From an uncultured Actinomycetes bacterium (lineage in GTDB: Bacteria; Actinomycetota; Acidimicrobiia; IMCC26256; DASPTH01): a stretch of DNA of 64,000 nt. Made by a program: the position numbers and the translations under genes. Under the pieces are notes generated by a model. It ran no database searches. It was not told the origin of the DNA and worked only from the letters and a program-made list of their open reading frames with translations. The stretch spans positions 199,736 through 263,735 of the forward strand of contig CAVVPD010000002.1 of NCBI GenBank assembly GCA_963750045.1. Direction: 5' to 3'. Below, in pieces: positions 10,523-19,354 of the stretch; within the stretch, counting starts at the first letter, position 1; the number at the start of each line of letters is the position of its first letter.

Positions 10523-10572
10523 TACGGGGTGGCCCCGACCCCCACGATCGCGGTCTCGTCCTTCAGCGTCAC
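10496..10572 (-). pseudogene. N-terminal remnant of an SCP-x/thiolase-like gene
   Basis: A GTG start at 10572 gives VTLKDETAIVGVGATPYYKRGQS. This is the canonical N-terminus of the thiolase-like paralogs in this window. The family resemblance then ends. Confidence 0.5.
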
Positions 10573-10625
10573 CTCGGCCCCTTTCCCCGGGTCGTGGGGA
10601 CTCTAGACGAAAAATCGATTTTCGG

Positions 10626-11258
10626 TCAGGTGCCGCGCGTCGGGCCCGGCCCGACCTGCCCGATCGCGGGAAGGCAGAACCGCAGGACGTGGTCGCGGGC
10701 GTCCTGCTCGTCCATCGACGGGCCGCCGCCCACGGCCTCGGCCACGAGACGCCAGGTGATCGCGTAGATGGTGGTGGCGTCGGCGCGTGGGTCACACGTC
10801 GGGAAGACCCCGGAGACCTTCCCGGCCTCGAGCACTCCGAGCAGCGGTGCGGTGAGCGCGGTGGTCACCAGTGCGTTCTCCTCGGCGTAGCCGGCGGTGC
10901 GGCGGGCCGCCCCCGACGCGAGCACCGACACGCGTGTCGCACGCCGGCGGTCGTACCCCAGGCTCAGCGTCTCCTCGATCCACGCGGTGAGCTGTTCGAG
11001 AGGGGTCGCGGCGGCGGCGACGACCTTCTCCGCCAACCGGCTCGCGGTGGCTTCCACGTTGTCGCGGAAGAGAGCGAGGAGGACGTCGTCCTTGGTGTCG
11101 AAGTGACGGTAGAACGCGCGCGTCGACAGCTGTGCCTCGGAGAGGATGTCGCCGATCTGGGCCTCGGCGTACCCGTTCTTGCGCATCACGCGCAGCGCCG
11201 CGTCGAGGATGGCCTTGCGCTCGACCTCCGAGGCGGACCGCTGCTGAGCCACGACCAT
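10626..11258 (-). CDS. TetR family transcriptional regulator
   Basis: 210 aa. HTH segment ILDAALRVMRKNGYAEAQIGDILSEAQLSTRAFYRHFDTKDDVL. Confidence 0.85.
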   Translation of the reverse strand: MVVAQQRSASEVERKAILDAALRVMRKNGYAEAQIGDILSEAQLSTRAFYRHFDTKDDVLLALFRDNVEATASRLAEKVVAAAATPLEQLTAWIEETLSLGYDRRRATRVSVLASGAARRTAGYAEENALVTTALTAPLLGVLEAGKVSGVFPTCDPRADATTIYAITWRLVAEAVGGGPSMDEQDARDHVLRFCLPAIGQVGPGPTRGT

Positions 11259-11363
11259 TGATAGCGCGACGGGGCCGGCGCGACGAATTCGCCGGTGCGA
11301 CGACTTCCCCGGCTCGCGGTCGGCTCATTGCCCACCGCGGCCGGAAAGACATAGGTTCACGGA

Positions 11364-11375
11364 GAACGGCCGTTC
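11364..11375. promoter_or_regulatory. Perfect 12-bp palindrome GAACGGCCGTTC; candidate TetR operator
   Basis: Read directly. It lies in the 128-bp divergent intergenic region between tetR (start 11258) and the thiolase-like gene (start 11387). Confidence 0.4.
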
Positions 11376-11386
11376 ACGAACGGAGG

Positions 11387-12544
11387 ATGACGGTGACGCA
11401 CAGCGCCCTGAGCAACGCAGCGCTCGTCGGGATCGGCCGCACGCCGTTCGTCAGGAAGTCGGGGCGCACGCCGCTCGCGATGGCGAGCGAGGCCGCACGC
11501 GACGCGTTGCGCGACTGCGGCCTCACGCCCGCCGACGTCGACGGCTTCACGTGTTACGGCACCGGCGACTCGGCGTCGCCGATGCAGGTCGCGCACACGA
11601 TCGGTATCGACGACCTCGGATGGTGCACCAGCGTGATGGGAGGGGGCAACGTGGTCGCGTCGGTCGTCGCCGGTGCCGCCGCCGCGGTCGTCACCGGACA
11701 GGCCGAGGTGGTGGTCGTCTTCCGGGTGTTGGGCTCCGACACGCGCTACGGCAAGGCGATGGACCGCGTGCTCGCACCCGGCGAGGGACAATTCGCGGCG
11801 CCACACGGGTATCTCGTCCCCCCGCAGTGGTTCGCGATGTGGTGCCGCCGCCACCAGCACGTGTACGGCTCCACCGCGGAAGACCTCGGCACGATCGCGA
11901 TCCAACAGCGAGAGCACACGACGAAGAACCTGCACACGATCGCGCGCACGCCGATCACCCTCGACGACTACCTCGCCGGACGATGGATCAACGAACCGTT
12001 CCGGGTGTTCGACCTCTGCTACGAGGTCGACGGCGCGGTCGCGCTCGTGGTCACGTCGGCCGAGCGGGCCGCCGACCTTCCGCATCGGCCGATCTACCCG
12101 ATCGGCGTCGCCGACGCGAACGGGCAGGGTGGGTCGGTCTACGAATGGGACGACATGGCGTGCATGTACTCGCGCGACGCCGCCCCGCGGCTTTGGTCGC
12201 GTACGGGACTGCAGCCCAGCGACATGGACGTCGCGCTCATGTACGACTGCTACACGTACACGGTGATGGCGACGATGGAGGACTACGGCTTCTGCGGCAA
12301 GGGCGAGGTCGGCGAGTTCTACCGCGAGGGCCGTGCCACCTACGGCGGCGACATCGTCGTCAACCCGCACGGCGGGCTGCTCTCCGAGGGCTATCTCCAC
12401 GGGCTGAACCACCACTACGAGGCCGCGTTGCAGCTACGGGGTGACGCCGGTGATCGTCAGGTGCCGCACGCGGAGACCGCGCTCGTCACCGCGGGCGCGG
12501 GGCCGTTCGGCGGTGCGCTGATCTACGCGATCGAGCCCCAATGA
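11387..12544 (+). CDS. SCP-x/thiolase-like protein lacking the nucleophilic Cys (Ltp2-like candidate C-C lyase)
   Basis: Start trimmed to ATG 11387 after CGGAGG. ALVGIGRTPFVRKSGRTPL...; C-terminus NPHGGLLSEGYLHGLNHHYEAALQLRGDAGDRQV. By-eye alignment puts Gly where paralog 45407-46609 has Cys (NACATG). Confidence 0.8.
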   Translation: MTVTHSALSNAALVGIGRTPFVRKSGRTPLAMASEAARDALRDCGLTPADVDGFTCYGTGDSASPMQVAHTIGIDDLGWCTSVMGGGNVVASVVAGAAAAVVTGQAEVVVVFRVLGSDTRYGKAMDRVLAPGEGQFAAPHGYLVPPQWFAMWCRRHQHVYGSTAEDLGTIAIQQREHTTKNLHTIARTPITLDDYLAGRWINEPFRVFDLCYEVDGAVALVVTSAERAADLPHRPIYPIGVADANGQGGSVYEWDDMACMYSRDAAPRLWSRTGLQPSDMDVALMYDCYTYTVMATMEDYGFCGKGEVGEFYREGRATYGGDIVVNPHGGLLSEGYLHGLNHHYEAALQLRGDAGDRQVPHAETALVTAGAGPFGGALIYAIEPQ

Positions 12545-12960
12545 CCGCCCCGCAGTCTCCGCCGCAACCGGCACCCGACGTCGACTCCGAGGGTTTCTGG
12601 GAGGCCACGGCCGAGGGCCGCCTTGCGATCTGTCGCTGCACGGAATGCGGCTTGTGGCTCCAACCGCCGCTCGAACGCTGCCGGCGCTGCGAGGGCGCGA
12701 CCACATTCGAAGCGGTCGCCGGCACCGGCACCGTCTACAGCTTCATCGTGCAGCGGCAACCGTCGGTGGTCGGATACCAGGACGAGATCCCCTACGTCGT
12801 CGCGCTCGTCGACCTCGACGACGCGCCCGGCGTGCGGCTCCCGGCGCGCCTCGTCGGCATCGAGCCCGAAGCTGCCGCGGTCGGCATGAAGGTCGCGGTC
12901 GAGTTCGACGACCTCCCGGGCGGGGACTACCGCATCCCGGTGTTTCGACCCGCGGGCTGA
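12541..12960 (+). CDS. DUF35 Zn-ribbon/OB-fold protein
   Basis: The CxxC...CxxC ribbon is CRCTECGLWLQPPLERCRRCEG. ATGA overlap with the upstream thiolase-like gene. Confidence 0.85.
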   Translation: MTAPQSPPQPAPDVDSEGFWEATAEGRLAICRCTECGLWLQPPLERCRRCEGATTFEAVAGTGTVYSFIVQRQPSVVGYQDEIPYVVALVDLDDAPGVRLPARLVGIEPEAAAVGMKVAVEFDDLPGGDYRIPVFRPAG

Positions 12961-12961
12961 C

Positions 12962-13852
12962 GTGATCGACCGCGTGCTCGCGGACGACACCGTCGGCACC
13001 GTCACGATCGGTGACCACGCCGTACGTCGCATGGCGTTCGGGGCGATGCGCGTCTCGGGCGCCCGCAACGCCGAAGGCGTGCGCGACCGCGACGAGGCGA
13101 AGCGCCTCTACCGCCGTGTCGTGGATCGTGGGGTGAACTTCCTCGACGTCGCGAACATCTACGGCTTCGGCGAGTGCGAGGAGATCCTCGCCGAGGCGCT
13201 GGCGCCGTACCCGAGCGACCTGCTCGTCGGGACCAAGGCCGGGTTCCGCTCCGGGATGAAGCTCGAGCCCGGGATGCGGTCGCTCCCCCCGTCGGGGCGC
13301 CCCGGGGACATCAAGGCGGAGTGCGAGCAGAGCCTGCGCCGCTTGCGGGTGGACTGCATCGACCTCTACCAGGTGCACGTTCCCGATCCCGACGTGCCCT
13401 ACGCGGAGACGGTCGGCGCGTTCGTCGAGCTCCGCGACGCCGGGAAGGTCCGGCACATCGGCATCTCCAACGTGGCGCTCGACCACCTGGCGATCGCGCA
13501 GGGCCTCTGCACCGTCGTATCGGTGCAGAACGCGTACAACGTGGGACGCCGGCGCTCCGAAGACGTCCTGCGAGCGTGCGAGGAACAGGGCATCGCGTTC
13601 GTCCCCCATTCGCCCAACATCCTCGCCGGCTCCGACGCCGAGGCGGTCGTCGCCGAGGTCGCCCTGGCGCGCGGTGTGTCACCGCAGCAGATCGCCGTCG
13701 CGTGGCTGCTCGCGCACTCGTCGGTCATGGTGCCCATCCCGGGCACGTCGCAGCTCGCTCACGCCGACGACAACCTCGACGCCGCGTGGCTCGAGCTCAC
13801 CGACCAGGAACGCGAACGTCTCGACGCGTCAGGGGTGGCGACGGCGACCTGA
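12962..13852 (+). CDS. Aldo/keto reductase
   Basis: 296 aa. FLDVANIYGFGECEEILAEAL, LYQVHVPD, IPGTSQLAHADDNL. Confidence 0.85.
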   Translation: MIDRVLADDTVGTVTIGDHAVRRMAFGAMRVSGARNAEGVRDRDEAKRLYRRVVDRGVNFLDVANIYGFGECEEILAEALAPYPSDLLVGTKAGFRSGMKLEPGMRSLPPSGRPGDIKAECEQSLRRLRVDCIDLYQVHVPDPDVPYAETVGAFVELRDAGKVRHIGISNVALDHLAIAQGLCTVVSVQNAYNVGRRRSEDVLRACEEQGIAFVPHSPNILAGSDAEAVVAEVALARGVSPQQIAVAWLLAHSSVMVPIPGTSQLAHADDNLDAAWLELTDQERERLDASGVATAT

Positions 13853-13863
13853 GCCGCGCGGCG

Positions 13864-15132
13864 CTACGAAGTCGTGCTCGCCAACCAGCGCCGTTGGTAC
13901 TCGTGGCGCGACGTCTCGCTCACGTCGACGTCGGTCGCGGTGGCCCGCAGCGCGCGCACGGTCGCGCGCTCCCGGCCGATGCCGGCGAACGGGTCGAAGT
14001 GGAAGAACCGCGCCGCGTTGTTCCACGTGATCGCGTCGATGTCTTCGTCGGAGCAGCCTGCGTTCTGGAACTCCTCCCACAGCAGCTCGGGAGAACGCGG
14101 CCAGGTGGAGTCGGAGTGGGGATAGTCGCATTCCCACGCGAGCGTGTCGATCCCGATTCGATCGCGTACGTGGAGCGCCGACGGGTCGGTGATGAAGCAT
14201 CCGAGGAAGTTGTCGTGCCACACCTCCGTCGCAGTCTTGGCGCCGACCCCGATCTCGAGCCCGGTCCACTGGTGGTTCCAGAGGTGGCGGTCCATGCGGT
14301 CCAGGTAGAACGGGACCCAGCCGATCCCGCCCTCCGAGAGCGCGACCTTCAGGTCGGGGAACCGGAGGAACGTCCCTCCGAGCAACAGGTCGGTGGCCGC
14401 GACCGCCGACAGCTGCGGCGTGAGGACGATCAGGTGGTCGGCACTCTCACCCGCCGGCCGTTGCAACAGCCCGAAGGCTCCGCCGATGTGCAGGCAGATG
14501 GCGACCTCGTGGTCGCTGCACGCGCGGAACACCGGATCCCAGTACGACGCGTCGGCGAAGCTCGGGAGGCCGACGCCGTAGGGCGTCTCGGGCAGGCTCA
14601 GCGCGTGACAGCCCTTGGCGGAGACGCGCGCGATCTCGCCGGCCATTGCCTGGGGATCCCAGACCGGCGCGATCGCGAGCGGGATGAACCGGCCGGGGTG
14701 CTCGCCCGCGAGCTCGTCGATGTGCCAGTCGTTGTACGCCGAGATCACGATCTTGGTGAGGTCCTTGTCGACGGTCGATCGGGCCAACGACATCCCGTTG
14801 AACCCCGCCATGGTCGGGAAGCACATCGACGCGAGCACGCCGTTGGCGTCCATGTCGCGTACTCGTAGCTCGACGTCGTAGGTCCCGGGCCGCATCTCCG
14901 GGAACCCGATCGGGTCGAAGCCCCATTCCTCGTGCGGCCACGACGCCACCGCGTTCAGCCCCGCCATGCCCGTCGGTTGTCCCTGGAAGTCCCAGTAGCC
15001 GGTGAGGTCGTCGGCTTCGACGTACTTCGGCGCCTGGTCGCGGTACGCGTCGGGAATGTGCCCTTCGAACATGTCGGCCGGCTCGATGACGTGGTCGTCG
15101 ATGCTGACCAGGATCATGTCGTCCATGTCCAT
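13864..15132 (-). CDS. Amidohydrolase_2 family protein
   Basis: Start trimmed to ATG 15132 (RBS GAGGGGGA). MDMDDMILVSIDDHVIEPADMF... and ECDYPHSDSTWP. Confidence 0.85.
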   Translation of the reverse strand: MDMDDMILVSIDDHVIEPADMFEGHIPDAYRDQAPKYVEADDLTGYWDFQGQPTGMAGLNAVASWPHEEWGFDPIGFPEMRPGTYDVELRVRDMDANGVLASMCFPTMAGFNGMSLARSTVDKDLTKIVISAYNDWHIDELAGEHPGRFIPLAIAPVWDPQAMAGEIARVSAKGCHALSLPETPYGVGLPSFADASYWDPVFRACSDHEVAICLHIGGAFGLLQRPAGESADHLIVLTPQLSAVAATDLLLGGTFLRFPDLKVALSEGGIGWVPFYLDRMDRHLWNHQWTGLEIGVGAKTATEVWHDNFLGCFITDPSALHVRDRIGIDTLAWECDYPHSDSTWPRSPELLWEEFQNAGCSDEDIDAITWNNAARFFHFDPFAGIGRERATVRALRATATDVDVSETSRHEYQRRWLASTTS

Positions 15133-15155
15133 GCTGGTCCCCCTCGTGTGTCGGT

Positions 15156-15599
15156 TCACTCCCCGACGTCGGGTGCCGGTTCGAACACTGGCACGAACAC
15201 CTCGCCGTGCCGCTCGAACACCACCCGCACCGGCATGCCGATCTCGATCGCGTCGAGCTCGACGTTCACGATGTTGGTCGTGAACCGTAGGCCGACCTGC
15301 TCGGCGAGCTCCACGATCGCGATCGCGTAGGGCGGCGGCACCGCCGGGTTGTACGGCTGGTGGTTGATCGTGAAGGTGAACACCGTGCCGCGCCCGCTCA
15401 CCGCTTCCGCGGTCAGACCGCCGCCGCAGTCGGGGCACGCCGCGACCGGCGGATGTACCCACTGCGTGCACGCAACGCACCGCAAGATCATGAGCTCCCC
15501 ACGCGCGCCACCGGTCCAGAAGGCCCGGTTCTCCGGCGTCAGCGGCGTCAGGATCCTCGGGGCGGGTCCGGTCGGCGCTTCGCTGGTGTCGGCGGTCAC
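15156..15599 (-). CDS. DUF35 Zn-ribbon/OB-fold protein
   Basis: Ribbon LRCVACTQWVHPPVAACPDCGG. It lies 23 nt upstream of the amidohydrolase on the same strand. Confidence 0.85.
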   Translation of the reverse strand: MTADTSEAPTGPAPRILTPLTPENRAFWTGGARGELMILRCVACTQWVHPPVAACPDCGGGLTAEAVSGRGTVFTFTINHQPYNPAVPPPYAIAIVELAEQVGLRFTTNIVNVELDAIEIGMPVRVVFERHGEVFVPVFEPAPDVGE

Positions 15600-15655
15600 G
15601 ACCGCAGGCTACGTCTCACCGGGCTCATCGCGCCCGCTCGACCTAGGGTCGGGTG

Positions 15656-16844
15656 ATGAGCGACGTTGCGCGCCCCACCGCCGTCATCACGGGAATCGGC
15701 ATCTCCGCCATCGGCCGCCGCACCGACACCAGCCGCGCTCGACCTGACCGAGGAGTCGACCGCGGCCGCGATCGCCGACGCCGGGCTCACCGCGACCGAC
15801 ATCGATGGCATCGCGACGATGGGTGACACCCAACCCGCCGAGATCGGGCCCCGGCTCGGCGTCACCGACCCCTGGCTCCCCGGCCTGGACCTGGGCCAGG
15901 GCGGGCTCCTCGCTCCGGTCATGTCGGCCGTCGAAGGGGTCGATGCGGGCGAGGCCCGGCACGTGCTCGTGTACCGAACGGTGAAGATGATGGGGGGCAG
16001 TGTGCTCCCGCCGCCCGACGCGCCGCCGCCGGCGGAGGGGAACCAGGAGGGCAACGAGGCGGCCGCGTCGGTCATGGGTCAGATGGCGCCGCTCATCACG
16101 TATCACGCGTACTCGGCCGCCAACTGGCTCGCCATGCACGCACGTCGCCACATGTACCTCTACGGGACGACGAAGGAGCAACTGGGTTGGCTCGCGGTCA
16201 ACAGCCGCCGCAATGCCGGGCTCAACGAACGCGCGGTGTACCGGGAGCCGATCACGCTCGACGACTACCTCGCGGCACGACCGGTGTCCGATCCGTTCGG
16301 CCTCCTCGACTGCGACGTGCCGATCGACGGATCGATCGCGGTCGTGGTCTCGAACGCGGCCCACGCGGCCGATGCCCCCCACCCGGTGGTGCGCGTCGAG
16401 TCGCTCGGCAAGGCGCCCGGGACGGGCGGATGGGACCAGCGCCCTGACTACCCGAACATGGCGTCGATCGAGGCGGCGCGCGATCTCTGGAGCCACACCG
16501 ATCTCGGTCCGGGCGACGTCGACGTCGCCGAGCTCTACGACGGGTTCACGTACCTCACCTTCGCGTGGCTCGAGGCGCTCGGCCTGTGCGCCACCGGCGA
16601 GGCGGGACCGTTCGTCGAAGGCGCGACCCGCATCGCCCTCGACGGCGACCTCCCCCTCAACACCTACGGTGGTCAACTCTCCGCCGGGCGCATGCACGGC
16701 TACTGGGTGCTGCACGAGGCGTGCCTCCAGCTACGTGGTGAAGCCGGAGAACGCCAGGTCGGCACGAAGGGGACCAGACCCGAGGTCGCGGTCGTCTCGA
16801 ACGGCGGCGGCCCCATCGCCGGCTGCATGTTGCTCACTCGCTGA
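15656..16844 (+). pseudogene. SCP-x/thiolase-like gene (no nucleophilic Cys), N-terminal frameshift as sequenced
   Basis: ATG 15656 gives MSDVARPTAVITGIGISAIGRRTDTS. The family sequence continues as ALDLTEESTAAAIADAGL in the frame of track ORF 15666-16844. The join is at 15721-15740. Confidence 0.7.
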
Positions 16845-16873
16845 CACCCAGACCCGAAGGGGAGAGGGAACTC

Positions 16874-18077
16874 ATGGATGACGCCACGACGAACGACGGA
16901 TACATGTCGATGGATCCGGCGCTGCTGATGGAGATGTTCGACATGACCGCACCGCAGGAGCGGTACCGGACCATGATCGAGCAGACACCGGTGGCGCGCC
17001 CGATGGACGGCGTAGTGATCGTGTCGAGCCGGGACGCGGTCGAAACAGCGCTGCGCGACCCGGGTCGCTTCTCCTCCGCGTACAACGGCGGGATCGTGTT
17101 GGGCAACACCCGGCCGCTCATCCCGCTGTCGGTCGACCCGCCGAACCACTCGAAGTACCGGAAGATCCTCGATCCCCTCTTCGCCCCCAAGCGCATGGAT
17201 GCGATCGAGGACGACGTCGCCGCGCGCGCCAACCGGTTCATCGACGCCTTCGCGGACCGCGGAGAGTGCCACTTCACCAACGAGCTGGCAGTGCCGTTCC
17301 CGTCGTCGGTGTTCCTCGGGCTCATGGGACTGCCGTGGGAGGAGCTCGCCGCCTTCCTCTCGATGAAGGACGGCATCCTCCGGCCCGGCGGACCGGAGGC
17401 GACGATGGAGGAGCGCCAGCAGATCCAGGCCGAGACCGGCCAGGAGATCTACCGGTACTTCAACTCGATCCTCGACGAGCGCGCCAAGGATCCGCAGGAC
17501 GACATCCTGACCCACTTCCTCCAGGCGGAGGTCGACGGCGAGGAGCTCACCCGCGACGAGATCCTCGACATCTGCTTCCTCTTCCTGATCGCCGGTCTCG
17601 ACACCGTCACCGATTCGCTCACGTGCTTCTACACCTATCTGTCGCAGCACCCGACGCACCGGCACCTCCTCGCCACGGACCCGTCGTTGATCCCGTCTGC
17701 GGTCGAAGAGCTGTTGCGGTGGGAGACCCCGGTACCGGGAGTCCCCCGCTGGTGCACGCAGGAGACGGAGCTGGCGGGGTGCCCGATCAAGACCGGCGAT
17801 TCGGTGCAGATCAGCATCGGCGCCGCCAACGTCGACCCGAGCGCGTTCGCCGACGCCTTCGACGTGCGCTTCGACCGTGTCGACAACCCGCACATCGCCT
17901 TCGGCGGCGGCGTCCACCGGTGTCTCGGATCACACCTCGCCGCGCCGCGAGCTGCGCGTCATGCTGCGCGAATGGCACCGCCGGATCCCCGAGTACGAGT
18001 TGAAGCCGGGGATCGTGCCCGAATACGCCATGGGCCTGCGGCACGTCGAGAACCTCGAGCTGGTCTGGTCGACCTGA
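16874..18077 (+). pseudogene. Cytochrome P450, frameshifted as sequenced just after the heme-ligand loop
   Basis: FGGGVHRCLGSHLA is followed in a second frame (ORF 17877-18077) by RRELRVMLREWHRRIPEYELKPG. Paralog 34347-35564 reads HRCLGSHLARAELRASVDQLHRRIPEY without a break. Confidence 0.75.
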
Positions 18078-18121
18078 CCGCGACGGCACACTGAAGCACC
18101 GACCGGGAGAAGTCGCGAACG

Positions 18122-19339
18122 ATGAACAAGCCGCTGGCGGGCGTCCGCGTGATCGAGGTGTCGATGTGGGCGTTCGTCCCCTCGGCCGGTGCGGTCCTCG
18201 CCGACTGGGGCGCCGAGGTGATCAAGGTCGAGGCACCCTCGGGTGACCCGATCCGGGGGCTCACCTTCGGCGGGGTCGGGGGATCAGGGAAGCCCGGTGG
18301 GATCGCGTGGACGTGGGAGATGTTCAACCGGGGCAAGCGGGGCATCGCGCTCGACCTGACCCAGCCCGCCGCCCAGGAGATCCTCCACGAACTGGCGGCG
18401 ACCGCCGACGTGTTCCTCACCAGTCTGCTGCCCGCGGCGCGGGAGAAGCTGCGGCTCGACGACGTCACCATCCGGGCGGTCAATCCGCACATCATCTACG
18501 CGAGCGGCACCGGCCAGGGTGCCCGTGGACCGGAGGCGGGCAAGGGCGGCTACGACTCCATCAGCTTCTGGTCGCGCGGTTCGGTGTCGGCATCACTCAC
18601 GCCCGACGGCTCCGACCCGATCGGGATGCCGTCGGGCGCGTTCGGTGACTCGATCAGCGGCATGGCCCTCGCGGGTGGGATCGCGGCCGCGCTCGCTCAC
18701 AAGGTGACAACGGGTGAAGGCGGTCTCGTCGACGGCTCGCTGCTCGGTACCGCCATGTGGTCGATGCAGATGGCGACCGTCGGTGCCGCCGTCGCGGGAC
18801 TCGACGAGATGCCGAAGATGACGCGCCAGAACTCCCCGAACCCACTCGTGAACACGTACCGCACGAGCGACGACCGCTGGATCGCGCTCTGCATGCTGCA
18901 GCCCGACGCCTACTGGGCTCCCTTCTGCCGCACGATCGGCCGTGACGACCTCGCCACCGATCCCCGGTTCGCCACGAGCGCCGACCTGAGCGCGCACACC
19001 GCCGAGGGCATCGCGGAATTCGATGCGACGTTCGCGACGAAGTCGCTGGCCGAGTGGATCCCGATCCTGGCCGCGCAGCGAGGCCAGTGGGACGTCGTCA
19101 AGAAGGTCGGGGACCTGCTGCACGATCGGCAGGCGGAGGCGAACGGCTTCTTCCAGCGGATCGACTACGGCGACGGGCAGGAGCTACCGCTGATCTCGAA
19201 CCCGATCCAGTTCGACCGCACGCCACCCGAGCTCCAACCGGCGCCGGGCTTCGGCGGTGACACCGACGAGATCCTCCTCGCGCTCGGCTGGGACTGGGAC
19301 CGCATCATCGAGGCGAAGACCACGGGCGCGGTGCTCTGA
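18122..19339 (+). CDS. Family III (CaiB/BaiF) CoA-transferase
   Basis: 405 aa. LAGVRVIEVSMWAFVPSAGAVLADWGAEVIKVE. Confidence 0.85.
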   Translation: MNKPLAGVRVIEVSMWAFVPSAGAVLADWGAEVIKVEAPSGDPIRGLTFGGVGGSGKPGGIAWTWEMFNRGKRGIALDLTQPAAQEILHELAATADVFLTSLLPAAREKLRLDDVTIRAVNPHIIYASGTGQGARGPEAGKGGYDSISFWSRGSVSASLTPDGSDPIGMPSGAFGDSISGMALAGGIAAALAHKVTTGEGGLVDGSLLGTAMWSMQMATVGAAVAGLDEMPKMTRQNSPNPLVNTYRTSDDRWIALCMLQPDAYWAPFCRTIGRDDLATDPRFATSADLSAHTAEGIAEFDATFATKSLAEWIPILAAQRGQWDVVKKVGDLLHDRQAEANGFFQRIDYGDGQELPLISNPIQFDRTPPELQPAPGFGGDTDEILLALGWDWDRIIEAKTTGAVL

Positions 19340-19354
19340 CCCGAGACCACCCGA

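Noticed and set aside
8896-10767. 623-aa plus-strand ORF
   Set aside because: It is antisense to amidohydrolase 8902-10173, then runs through intergenic DNA and the tetR 3' end. No motifs were recognised.
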